A stretch of 63,861 nucleotides of DNA, filler included, from Klebsormidium nitens (GCA_000708835.1; 13 parts of 13 records of this genome joined end to end with filler, not necessarily neighbours in it); one strand, 5' to 3'; counted from the whole stretch's first letter, positions 9,861 through 18,580 are shown. Notes: generated by a model from the letters alone, not told the origin. Translations and numbers: made by a program.

Positions 9861-10946
9861 TCAGTAGGAGACCGGGTCATAGTAGAGGCTAAAGCCGAGC
9901 TTAGCCAGCGCCTGTCGACCAACGAGTTCTGCATAGGGTGGGGGTATTGCTTGGGCAATGCTCTTGCCGGATGACAGCCAATCGATCTGCATAGCATCAG
10001 ACCACTCGGCAATGGTCCCACGCTTCTTGCCTGGCAGACCATAAACGGGAAAAAATCCGTCCAATGTTTGTGCGGTCGTGGCCGGAGGCGTGGCCGTGGC
10101 CGCCGGGCCACAGGCTGCAGGCCGTGCGTTTGTCTTGGGAGGTTGACCATCTTCTATGACCTCGACCGTATGCTTCAAGTCCCGCTCGATCTCTCCAATG
10201 GACCTGTATTTCACACCCGTAGGTGAAAAATAGTATAAGTCTGTAGTCCCGGCGCTCTTCCCACTCTTTCTCACTTGAAGCTTCTTTCGCCATTTATTCT
10301 CGGATGTTCCAATAAAGATTTGAAGAATGGGCAGCCTTTCGCCTTCCGACGGTAGCCTTTGACCTTCAGGCACAGACCTCACGCGACTTGCTTTTGGTGA
10401 TCTGTCTCCATGTGATTTCCCATTGTGGTCGCACTTGCGGTCCATCACCTCAAGGCCAAAGTTTGTCTCGAAGAGTCTGTGTCGAAATACCTTCAGTTTC
10501 GTGAACATGGTGCCACACAGCATCGTGGGGTTGTCGAGCTCATTGATTGCGCCATGCACGTTTTCGATAACATAGAGCTTGCCACTAGCACGGAGCTTCT
10601 CACGCGTCGGGGGAATGAGATTTACGTGGTTCCAAAGATGACCGTACCGCTCACGTTGTGCAGAAGGGATGATTCCCGTGTGGGCTTGGCAAGGCGGTGA
10701 CGACCAAACAAAGTCTGCTTGTGTGAGATCTGCATCCAAAGCAGACATCTGGATAAAAGGGAATGGGTATTCGGGCTGCGGTTGTATGTCACATCCGATC
10801 ACATCGAAACCAGCCATGAAAAGCCCCATGCTAACTCCACTGCCACCGCAATATAGGTCGATTGCGAGTGGGCGCCTGGGTTCCCCCGTTGGACTGATAG
10901 GAACGCAGCGCTCTCGGATGGAAGCCAAGCGTTCGTCCATTGTCAC
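9861..10946 (-). CDS. C5 cytosine DNA methyltransferase (phage-type) with an inserted methyl-CpG-binding domain (MBD)
   Basis: Motif I DLYCGGSG, motif IV SPPCQ, motif VI IENV, motif VIII FRHRLFE, C-terminal AMQIDW...QAIPPPY. Residues 219-257 (10176-10292), WRKKLQVRKSGKSAGTTDLYYFSPTGVKYRSIGEIERDL, align without gaps to the MBD core. ORF intact, 361 aa. Confidence 0.92.
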   Translation of the reverse strand: MTMDERLASIRERCVPISPTGEPRRPLAIDLYCGGSGVSMGLFMAGFDVIGCDIQPQPEYPFPFIQMSALDADLTQADFVWSSPPCQAHTGIIPSAQRERYGHLWNHVNLIPPTREKLRASGKLYVIENVHGAINELDNPTMLCGTMFTKLKVFRHRLFETNFGLEVMDRKCDHNGKSHGDRSPKASRVRSVPEGQRLPSEGERLPILQIFIGTSENKWRKKLQVRKSGKSAGTTDLYYFSPTGVKYRSIGEIERDLKHTVEVIEDGQPPKTNARPAACGPAATATPPATTAQTLDGFFPVYGLPGKKRGTIAEWSDAMQIDWLSSGKSIAQAIPPPYAELVGRQALAKLGFSLYYDPVSY

Positions 10947-11045
10947 TTCCGAGTGATAATCATGCGTGCTCGGAAAACGACCAGATGATACTCAGTCCAA
11001 TGCTTTCTGCAAGACTGGGAGGCAACACCTTCAGAACAGGATTTT

Positions 11046-11591
11046 TTGTCCGACACCAGCATGATGTTGCGCTGTGGTGTGCTGCCTCGCACCTGGTGGA
11101 AGATGCATAGTGTTTGCAGAAGAAGTTTCGACAGAAGGGGCTGCTGCACCTCCCAGCTAAAGGAGGACCAGTGGGTATACACCATCAAGTGCAACTCGAG
11201 ATTCTATGGAAGCACGCACTTGCTGGATTCTGTTCCCATGAGCTCCGTTGTAGCATTCGAGAAACCAGAGGTTGCAGAGCGCATGCGCAATGATCTCCAA
11301 TACATCACAGATTACCAACAAGGCCGATTGCCATCCTACTCCATAGACCTAGCCACATCTGTACATGAGAACCATGTGAACGCGCCACTTCCGAATGACT
11401 CCAAGCTGGAGGTATATCCGGTCATGCTAGGCTTTCTTGCCGGATATATAAACTCCAACTGCCTCGACCTAGACGTCATCATGGGTGACCCCGACGAAGG
11501 CACCAGCAAAATTGCAAGTTATCCTCGTTTTTCCGACAGGCGCGTGTGTGAAACCCATTTCGAACGCCTATTCAAATCAAAAAATGTCTAA
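11046..11591 (+). CDS. Hypothetical protein, divergent from the MTase
   Basis: Open 181-aa frame in a gene-dense contig, stopping 12 nt before the next ATG; no motif recognised. Confidence 0.55.
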   Translation: MSDTSMMLRCGVLPRTWWKMHSVCRRSFDRRGCCTSQLKEDQWVYTIKCNSRFYGSTHLLDSVPMSSVVAFEKPEVAERMRNDLQYITDYQQGRLPSYSIDLATSVHENHVNAPLPNDSKLEVYPVMLGFLAGYINSNCLDLDVIMGDPDEGTSKIASYPRFSDRRVCETHFERLFKSKNV

Positions 11592-11603
11592 GAATGTATC
11601 ATC

Positions 11604-11981
11604 ATGGTCTTTGGCAACGCAACAGATGCAGTCAACAGCGCACTGGGCTTTTGTGCTGCTGCTGGAACTACGCTCGGTCTCAGGTACACTTTGGCGCACA
11701 ACAGTACCGGTGCTGTGGCTTTTCTAGGCATTTCGATTGCATCGGATGGCTCAGTGTTGATGCAGTGGTTTGATATCACCTTGCTCAACGATGCACCTTG
11801 TTCAACAGACATCACTCCGTTCAGCTTCAAAGAGTTTGAAGGAAGCACGGATTCGGTTGCCAATTTCAAGGCCAATGGAGTGACACTCCTCCTCAATCCG
11901 CCCTCACCCTGGACCGTTGATGAGTTTCAGATCTTGAATTCGTACTTCCAAACGCCGGTAACACTGGGCTACCAAGCATAA
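11604..11981 (+). CDS. Hypothetical protein (125 aa, predicted beta-rich)
   Basis: ATG start, packed between co-oriented ORFs with 12- and 17-nt gaps. Confidence 0.6.
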   Translation: MVFGNATDAVNSALGFCAAAGTTLGLRYTLAHNSTGAVAFLGISIASDGSVLMQWFDITLLNDAPCSTDITPFSFKEFEGSTDSVANFKANGVTLLLNPPSPWTVDEFQILNSYFQTPVTLGYQA

Positions 11982-11998
11982 GTTCTTCATAATTCTCA

Positions 11999-12997
11999 AT
12001 GGCGCACAAGCTCTTCAAGAGCCACTTGCTGATAGACTCTTCCAACCGAAATGTGGCACTTTACCCGAGTGCTAGCTCCTACCAGATCACGCTCCCAGAA
12101 GTCATCAAGGACGTCGTGGGCATCACTCTCATCCAGTGCGCCTTCCCAAAGTCCCAACCAATCATCAACGACCAGGGTTGCTTCATCGATTTTCAAGAAC
12201 AGGGAAACCCAAGCATGTTCAGCATACGGTTGGACACGGGTAACGTCTCGAGTAAGACATTAATCTCTCTTCTGAATTCCGGTTTCTCTGGAGGACCTTG
12301 GACCAACACCTACGTGGCAGAAATCAATTCACTCACGAGCAAGCTGTCCATCACGGCCAACGGCGATGCCGCTGTACCCTTTCGGCTCCTCTTCCAAAGT
12401 GGTCCCAACGCTTCTGCCAGCCTGGCCAACATCCTTGGCTTCGCGGGCGAGGATTCCCCCTTTGCGTTAGTACAGACGGGGCAGCGGCACGTGAACCTTT
12501 CAGGGAGCCTCTTCTGCGACATTTCCATCGAGGAGCTTCCACGGAACGCCACGAAGCAGGTCATCTTCCGTCAGGGCGGAAGGATGGGCTTTCGCAACAT
12601 TGTTGCCCGCATCCCCCTCGATGTAAACGTTGGGCAGATCAAGTACCATGACGTGGATCAGTGCAACAAGCTCACAAACTACTTTGAGCCAACCAAGTTG
12701 GACAGGCTCACAGTCTCTCTCACGAATGACCAGGGCTTGCCGTACTTGCCTGACGGCTTGGATCACAGCATCATGTTTGAGGTCACTCAACTCGGCAGAA
12801 CTTGGACGCGAGAACCCAAGAAGAGACAGGGGGTGCAAAGCAGTTCCCTCCCCTCACCTTCCCAGGAAGTGCTGCACGTAACGGCTGAGGGTCCCAGGGA
12901 CAGAACGCGTGCGCCCATTGTGGCAGCAGCAGCCTTCTTGGGGTTGGGAGGAGCAGCTTATTACCTGCTGGGCAAAGAACCAAAGGAAGCGCTCTGA
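11999..12997 (+). CDS. Putative penton / minor capsid protein (single jelly-roll, NCLDV/Polinton-like-virus type) with C-terminal hydrophobic helix
   Basis: LIDSSNR..LYPSASSYQITLP..IKDVVGITL....FP at the N-terminus, then ILGF, ARIPL and LDRLTVSLTNDQG....DGLDHSIMFEV. This pattern resembles giant-virus penton-family proteins. Ends APIVAAAAFLGLGGAAYYLLGK. Confidence 0.55.
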   Translation: MAHKLFKSHLLIDSSNRNVALYPSASSYQITLPEVIKDVVGITLIQCAFPKSQPIINDQGCFIDFQEQGNPSMFSIRLDTGNVSSKTLISLLNSGFSGGPWTNTYVAEINSLTSKLSITANGDAAVPFRLLFQSGPNASASLANILGFAGEDSPFALVQTGQRHVNLSGSLFCDISIEELPRNATKQVIFRQGGRMGFRNIVARIPLDVNVGQIKYHDVDQCNKLTNYFEPTKLDRLTVSLTNDQGLPYLPDGLDHSIMFEVTQLGRTWTREPKKRQGVQSSSLPSPSQEVLHVTAEGPRDRTRAPIVAAAAFLGLGGAAYYLLGKEPKEAL

Positions 12998-13065
12998 CCG
13001 GCGCAATCGTTCAGAAAGCTTGTCAAAAAGAGTGACCCGTTACAAGGGCTGGAGCCCGCCCTTTG

Positions 13066-13650
13066 ATGTCAGATTACAATCAATTTCTCAATCAGTATGA
13101 AGATGCCCCGGAAGACGGGATAGGCAGTACGTTCCAATCCGTGCTGCCTACAAAGAATCTGATTGCAAATGTCGATGTGTCCCATCCGTCCCCGAATCCA
13201 CTGTTGGAAAACAATACAGTTGGGAGAGAGGTGGGTGATTACTTTGGCATCACGATTGGAGGCCCCTTGAGCTACCTGGGGTTCGCACCGGGGTCGGAGA
13301 GCAGCACGGCCAATCCTGGAGACACATATGTATTTGTGGGACAGGATCTCGGGGACAACGGGAGCAGCTGGTCCAAGATCCGGATCCCAATTCCTGCCGG
13401 ATGCATCGGTCCTGATAACCTCACCGCTGCCTCCGTCACCAGTGCAAAGCTTGCCCCTCAGACTACCATCAGGATCCAAAACAATGGGGACTCGGTAGAC
13501 CTGTCCTCAGATTCCGTGAACGCAATCATCTTTGGCAACAAAACGGACGGTGCATGGAGGTGCGTGGCTACGAAAGGGGCCATGCTCTTTCAATGCTATT
13601 CGGTGCCCGCGAGTGCTTGGATCACGTGTGGTGCATTTCAGAGCCCATAG
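13066..13650 (+). CDS. Putative virion fibre-like / structural protein
   Basis: ATG at 13066; SVTSAKLA segment and C-terminal IIFGNKTDGAWRC....MLFQ......W resemble fibre/tail-like proteins of large DNA viruses and phages. Confidence 0.4.
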   Translation: MSDYNQFLNQYEDAPEDGIGSTFQSVLPTKNLIANVDVSHPSPNPLLENNTVGREVGDYFGITIGGPLSYLGFAPGSESSTANPGDTYVFVGQDLGDNGSSWSKIRIPIPAGCIGPDNLTAASVTSAKLAPQTTIRIQNNGDSVDLSSDSVNAIIFGNKTDGAWRCVATKGAMLFQCYSVPASAWITCGAFQSP

Positions 13651-13683
13651 AAGCTCACCTTTGATGGAGCGACATAAGCCGCC

Positions 13684-14487
13684 TCAAATACCCGCTGAAA
13701 AGGTGTCTCTGAAGATCAGGTAATTGTTACCGTCAAACTCTGTCACGGAGAGGATTGCAAAGACAATCACCTTGAAAACCCCTCTGTGTTCCGAGAGAAC
13801 TTTTCGAAACACTGCAGCAACGTCCGCGGGTGGGTTATGCCAGGCACCGCAACCAAGTGCACCCAAGACCAGAGAGTCGTGCCCCTTGTCCACTCCCACC
13901 TGGAGTATTAGGCGTACCTTGTTCTCAAGGATCCTTCTGTCGGCTTCAGACAAATGACATTCCCCTCTACCATCTCCTGACGGATATTCGAGCTGCGGGT
14001 ACTTCAAACCAGGGCATGCAATGAAGTCCAGCTTGAATGGTCGCTCGAGGAATGCGTACTCGGCTGCCTCACTCGCCCTAAACACGGTGATGCCTGGGGA
14101 ATAGATTGCCTCGTTGGCAGCTATTGGATACAGACGGCCATTGTGTAGACTCGAGCAATAATTTGTCCGCCGAAATAGAGACTCCTCCTGAGCACCAGAG
14201 CCCGTTGCCACGCAGCCTCCCGGGAAACAGTCGTCTGCGAGGTTCAGGACCATGGGTCTGTATCCTTCCTCCTGCAACCGGCGTGCAGCCACTATGGTGT
14301 CCTCTTTTGATACTCTAATTTCCGTATCATCGTGCCTTTGCGGCGGTGATTGGTCAGGGCGGAGGATGTGCTTTTCGCACTTTGGCGGGCGTGCGAGCCT
14401 TTCTGAAATGCCTTTGGTTTCTTCCCAGACCTTGATGCGCACGTCCACGATGTGAGGTTTCTGGTTTCTCTTCTGCTCCATGAACAT
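13684..14487 (-). CDS. TIGR02452-family (bacterial-type PARG) macrodomain ADP-ribose glycohydrolase
   Basis: DTIVAARRL, VLNLAD..FPGG..ATGSGAQEESLFRRTN (PARG QEE signature), IYSPGITVFR, LVLGALGCGAWHNPP..VA..F. Confidence 0.88.
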   Translation of the reverse strand: MFMEQKRNQKPHIVDVRIKVWEETKGISERLARPPKCEKHILRPDQSPPQRHDDTEIRVSKEDTIVAARRLQEEGYRPMVLNLADDCFPGGCVATGSGAQEESLFRRTNYCSSLHNGRLYPIAANEAIYSPGITVFRASEAAEYAFLERPFKLDFIACPGLKYPQLEYPSGDGRGECHLSEADRRILENKVRLILQVGVDKGHDSLVLGALGCGAWHNPPADVAAVFRKVLSEHRGVFKVIVFAILSVTEFDGNNYLIFRDTFSAGI

Positions 14488-14597
14488 TGTGCAGGCTGTT
14501 AGTCAGTCGACCTTACTTTTATCCGACATTGAACGCACACGACGTTCTGCCACTGCGCTGAGGTTTGTCACCAGAGGATGCAGATTGTGTCCGCTAA

Positions 14598-14837
14598 ATG
14601 TCTCGCATTATTACCAGAGGCATGCCTCCTTCAAAGGGGTGCCAGAAGCCTTTGCTTTCAAGACTCGTTGAGAGGCTACTTGAGGACCGCGAACGTGCTT
14701 CAGAGCTGCAAAACGTGATTGAGAATCTGAAACGTGAGAATGAGAAGCTCAAACATGAAAAAGAGGCAGCCTTGAGGCAGAGTAGAGCTGAGGATGAGTG
14801 CTTGTCCTGCCAAGTCTTGAGCTGTAGGGTGCAGTGA
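14598..14837 (+). CDS. Small coiled-coil protein ending in a CaaX-like motif (CRVQ)
   Basis: 79 aa, heptad-like ELQNVIENLKRENEKLKHE; its stop overlaps the next start (GTGATG). Confidence 0.45.
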   Translation: MSRIITRGMPPSKGCQKPLLSRLVERLLEDRERASELQNVIENLKRENEKLKHEKEAALRQSRAEDECLSCQVLSCRVQ

Positions 14838-15028
14838 TGCGTTCTTTGGTACATTACAAGACTCATGACTCTCTAGAGGACATGGGTGTCTCTGCGTGGC
14901 TGCTCGCCAGGATGCGTGCGTACCTATTGGCAGCTGCTTCCAACAACTCCATAGTTCGAGACACAAACGTGGCGCTCACACTGGATTTGCACACGCAGCA
15001 GCAGCTATCCCCTGCTGACTATGCCTGA
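14834..15028 (+). CDS. Small hypothetical protein
   Basis: 64 aa; start overlaps the upstream stop codon. Confidence 0.35.
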   Translation: MMRSLVHYKTHDSLEDMGVSAWLLARMRAYLLAAASNNSIVRDTNVALTLDLHTQQQLSPADYA

Positions 15029-15307
15029 TTACTGGAAGTCCCCCATGAATTTACATGCGCCCTACCAATAGAGGGGTCATGGATAGCTTACAGAGATGGC
15101 AGCATCATCACCTACTATCGCGGAGACCTTGCAAAGGCCAAGAAGTACGCCATGCATCTGTGCCGTCCATGCACGCGTCAAAAAACGGTGCTTTCGCTGT
15201 CTTGTGTGATGAAGGAGGAAGGCCAGCGGCCCGCACGACAATGTATGTCTGGGATTTGTCCAATCCTATTGACCAGAGGAACTCAACAGAGGTCATGCCT
15301 CCTGGAC

Positions 15308-16135
15308 CTATGCAGTGGATTCTTTGAGCAACGCTTGTCCTATCAGTTTCAGCTCTGCCAGAGAGTACTTGTTGTCGGCTGCGGCCTTCCTAAAGAGCTC
15401 CGCTGCGCGCGCCTTGTCCTTGGCCACCCCTATGCCTCTGAGGTAGCACAGTCCCAGTCTGTACTGTGCCAGGACGTACCCCTGGTCGGCTGCCTTTGCA
15501 AAGAGCTCTGCAGCGCGCGCCTTGTTCTCGGCTACCCCGATGCTTTTGAGGTAGCACAGTCCTAGTCTGTAATCCGCCTCATCCTTGGGCACCTCGGTGC
15601 CTCTGAGGTAGCACAGTGCCAGTTCATACTCGGCCCAGGCGAAGCACCGCGACACTTCGTACTCCACCAGGATGAATCCCTCATAGTCCTCCTCGTCCTT
15701 GTCTTCAAAGGAGCGCGAATCCTGATTTAACCACCAATCTAGCCACCAACTGGTGGCCCCAGAAAACTTGAAGATCCCCCTCAAGCCGGCCTCCTTGGAC
15801 ACCTCATCCTCGTCCTCAGGGCCATTGGCGTAGCCGGCTTCCTGGAGGCGCCTAAATGTCATGGCAAACCCCCCATCGGCGGCCTTCCTCAAGAGCTCCA
15901 CTGCGCGCGCATAGTCCTGGACCACCCCACCGCCTGTTGTATAGTTAAGCCCCAAGAGCATTTGCGCTCTCCAATCCCACTTCTTAGCGGCCTTTTCGAG
16001 AGGCTCCACCAGACGTGCCTCGTCCTTGGGCATCTCATAGCAGCATCCCCCGAGATACTGGTCGTATTTGGCAGCAAACGTGGCAATCTTTTCCGCCAAT
16101 TCCATGATGCCCAAGCTTGTCTTCCTCCAGGGCAC
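15308..16135 (-). CDS. Sel1-like repeat protein
   Basis: Repeats AQMLLGLNYTTGGGVVQDYARAVELLRKAAD and AQYRLGLCYLRGIGVAKDKARAAELFRKAA; a 108-bp (36-aa) DNA repeat is visible at about 15400-15570. One repeat looks internally deleted (VPKDEA/DYRLG). Confidence 0.88.
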   Translation of the reverse strand: MPWRKTSLGIMELAEKIATFAAKYDQYLGGCCYEMPKDEARLVEPLEKAAKKWDWRAQMLLGLNYTTGGGVVQDYARAVELLRKAADGGFAMTFRRLQEAGYANGPEDEDEVSKEAGLRGIFKFSGATSWWLDWWLNQDSRSFEDKDEEDYEGFILVEYEVSRCFAWAEYELALCYLRGTEVPKDEADYRLGLCYLKSIGVAENKARAAELFAKAADQGYVLAQYRLGLCYLRGIGVAKDKARAAELFRKAAADNKYSLAELKLIGQALLKESTA

Positions 16136-16608
16136 AAACTTATGACCAGAGGCGCTCTACTTTGGAAAGAGATTGCTCCGCTGGAGGCTGGGCCATGTCA
16201 TCTTGGGCTCTTGAAGGTGACACTCTGGAGGCCTGCCCCTGCCACGTCATACACAAGTGCCAAGCATGACACGTTGGCGACAAGTTCCTGCCACGCTAGC
16301 AGAGTGACAGACAACTGCCAGTGGGATGGCAGAAGGGAATTCTAACTACCTGAAGCGGGTCCTTTTTAAGCCATTCACGACGGACGGTGGCAGAGAAGGC
16401 CCTCACAGGGTTGGGATCCCACCCGTAGAACGCCGGCGGTTTTGTAGACAGCTAAAGCCCGCCCGGAATGCGAAACGACGCCTACTCGAGCCGCTACAGA
16501 GCTCCCTGAGCTCCTCGTATGAGAAGAAGAGTCACCCAATCGTCTTTTACTGGCAGCAGGAGGGCGGGGAGGTTACACAAAGGTCGAAGCGAAGGTCTTT
16601 GAGGAACC

Positions 16609-16992
16609 TTGCTTGACCCAGGTAGGTCGGGCACCGGGATGGAATCATGGAGGGAAGACATCTTACAGCAGCTTGTGATGGCAAAGGAAGAACGAGATGC
16701 AGCGCTGCAAGAAAAGAAATTCTTGAAAGATGCATTGCTGGACGCGCTGAAAAAAAGTGCGGACACTGAGAAGCTGAGAGTCGAGTCGGAAGCTAGGCTC
16801 AAAGTGATGACAGCAGAGAATAGCACGCTGCAAGGAATGATCGAGGCAACAAGGAAAAGAGCAAGAGACTGCGTGGCTAGGGCACAGATCGCAAAGGAGC
16901 ACCATGTGTGGCTCATGCAACAGCAGATGGCTGATTCTGAAAAGAGTCGTTCACAACAGAAGATGGCAGACTGGTTGACACTAGGCGGATGA
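16609..16992 (+). CDS. Coiled-coil hypothetical protein
   Basis: 127-aa ORF (likely ATG at 16639 or 16648), continuous heptad-like E/K/L/A composition. Confidence 0.5.
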   Translation: MLDPGRSGTGMESWREDILQQLVMAKEERDAALQEKKFLKDALLDALKKSADTEKLRVESEARLKVMTAENSTLQGMIEATRKRARDCVARAQIAKEHHVWLMQQQMADSEKSRSQQKMADWLTLGG

Positions 16993-17085
16993 GAACTCCT
17001 GAGAAACCGGGATCTCTCATTGCATTGGAGTAGGAACTCTGTACACTGATTCAGGTCGGCACCAACTTGAAAACCACGTGGCATT

Positions 17086-17460
17086 CTACTCCTCACCTGC
17101 AACTTGCTCAGCAGTGCAGTATTTGGTGAGCATGTACCTCTCGAAGGATGCCCTGTTTTTCCATCCAACGTAACCACCCAGCGCACGTCTCTTCTCCAAT
17201 ATGGTTTGCAACACCAGATTCTGCATTGCCGTCACCTCCGCATCATTTGTGGGTGCCTTCTCTCGTGTTAGGCCGGGAGATACTGGGTCTGCCCTCACAT
17301 CCGCAATCTCGGTTGCAATCACTTTTTCGATTGCAATACATTCCATCGTTCTGTGTACACCATGTTCCTCGAGTGCCTCCCAGATGCCATCAGCTATGTC
17401 AAAAGCTAGCTGTTGTTTAGGGGCCGTGAGATCTTCGACGGTCCGGAACACATCATCCAT
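17086..17460 (-). CDS. Hypothetical protein (124 aa)
   Basis: ATG-initiated open frame, predicted helical; no motif recognised. Confidence 0.5.
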   Translation of the reverse strand: MDDVFRTVEDLTAPKQQLAFDIADGIWEALEEHGVHRTMECIAIEKVIATEIADVRADPVSPGLTREKAPTNDAEVTAMQNLVLQTILEKRRALGGYVGWKNRASFERYMLTKYCTAEQVAGEE

Positions 17461-17731
17461 TCAAGTTACTAATGCATGAGGCTAATATCCATGTTTCTAA
17501 GTACGTACGCACATGATATGTGGAACATGCTATGTGCTAAATGCATCCTGTGTACTCGAGGAGCGTCGAAGCCGAGCCCTCCGGATGAAGCGGCGCTGAA
17601 CAANNNNNNNNNNNNNNNNNNNNNNNNNNNNNNNNNNNNNNNNNNNNTTAATTAATTAANNNNNNNNNNNNNNNNNNNNNNNNNNNNNNNNNNNNNNNNN
17701 NNNCACAGATGGGGTCAGAAAACCCACCTCA

Positions 17732-18580
17732 TTAAGCATTGCCATTGCCAGACTGCTGCTGCCTGTACTTCATCTCCAGCTCTGCGAGCTTGATGTCCCG
17801 ATCTGCTTTATCTTTTGCAATGTCTCTCTGGAGCTGCAACATGTTCATCCCCATGCTTGCATACACCTCAGTAAACTTATCCATGCTCTGCGCTATGTCC
17901 CCAGCGCTGTCCCTCTTTCTTTTGATCTTGTTCCCATTGATGCCCGCCTCTGTTTTGAGCAACTGCGTGTGGGGACTGAAAACAGGCTTCTTCTCGACGC
18001 TTGGGGCTTTCTCCGGGGTTTCTTCTTGCTCCTCATTTTTCTCAGGGGTGGTGTTCGATTCTGCAGCTTTCTCCTCCTCCAGATCTACGTGCTCAACCGT
18101 ATCATCCTCGCTGAAGACACCATTGGCTTTTGTGCCTGCCCCTCCACTGCTGTCCCTTGCATTGGGAATGCCATTGACCTTGGGCACCCTGGACATGAAA
18201 GAAGCAAGCCTCTCAAAGTGATACCACGTGGAATTGACATTGCCGGTGCTCGTCTTCTTATTGTGCTCGGCCTTGTATCTGGATTTGAGCCCATCTATCT
18301 TGGTCCTGCACTGCTGCTCTGTATAGTGGATCAGGCCTTCTGGTAGCCTAGCATTGATCCCTTCTGTGACTATTTTCCAGCTATGCTTGCCCAAGTTACC
18401 CTGATTGATCCTCATGTACTCGGCGCCCCACTCACCAATGAGATTATCTATAATACCGACCGTCCATGTTGCAGTGGGTTCATTCTTTGATCGCTTTACA
18501 GCTGCTTCTGTTGCTACTGGAGCAGGTGCTGCAGCTGGAGCAGCTGAAACTTGAGCGGTTGGAGGCGTTAGATCCACCAT
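17732..18580 (-). CDS. Trihelix / Myb-SANT-like DNA-binding protein with C-terminal coiled coil
   Basis: WTVGIIDNLIGEWG...NLGKHSWKIV......TEQQCRTKIDGLKSRYKAE...STWYHFERL is the W/W/C-x-x-K pattern of the Myb/SANT-like trihelix domain. The C-terminal IAQSMDKFTEVY...LAELEMK resembles SIP1/ASIL-type trihelix factors. A branch point plus acceptor (CTAACTTGGCAG) lies just upstream of the ATG, suggesting a 5'UTR intron. Confidence 0.82.
   Translation of the reverse strand: MVDLTPPTAQVSAAPAAAPAPVATEAAVKRSKNEPTATWTVGIIDNLIGEWGAEYMRINQGNLGKHSWKIVTEGINARLPEGLIHYTEQQCRTKIDGLKSRYKAEHNKKTSTGNVNSTWYHFERLASFMSRVPKVNGIPNARDSSGGAGTKANGVFSEDDTVEHVDLEEEKAAESNTTPEKNEEQEETPEKAPSVEKKPVFSPHTQLLKTEAGINGNKIKRKRDSAGDIAQSMDKFTEVYASMGMNMLQLQRDIAKDKADRDIKLAELEMKYRQQQSGNGNA

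Larger units (their letters stand above)
8793..17603. mobile_element. Giant-virus-like (Nucleocytoviricota-type) segment, probably an endogenous viral element or co-assembled viral DNA
   Basis: About 12 short, intronless, tightly packed ORFs on both strands (gaps of 2-110 nt in 9.5-15.0 kb), unlike the intron-rich host genes elsewhere in the window. Gene types include a phage-type C5 MTase, penton-like and fibre-like proteins, a TM-REGF membrane protein, a TIGR02452 PARG and Sel1 repeats. No hallmark core gene (major capsid, PolB, A32 ATPase) is present. Confidence 0.7.

Noticed and set aside
11991-13092. AATT(T)CTCAAT near the starts of two structural genes as a viral late promoter
   Set aside because: The second occurrence (13082-13092) is inside the coding sequence that starts at 13066; one upstream copy is not enough.
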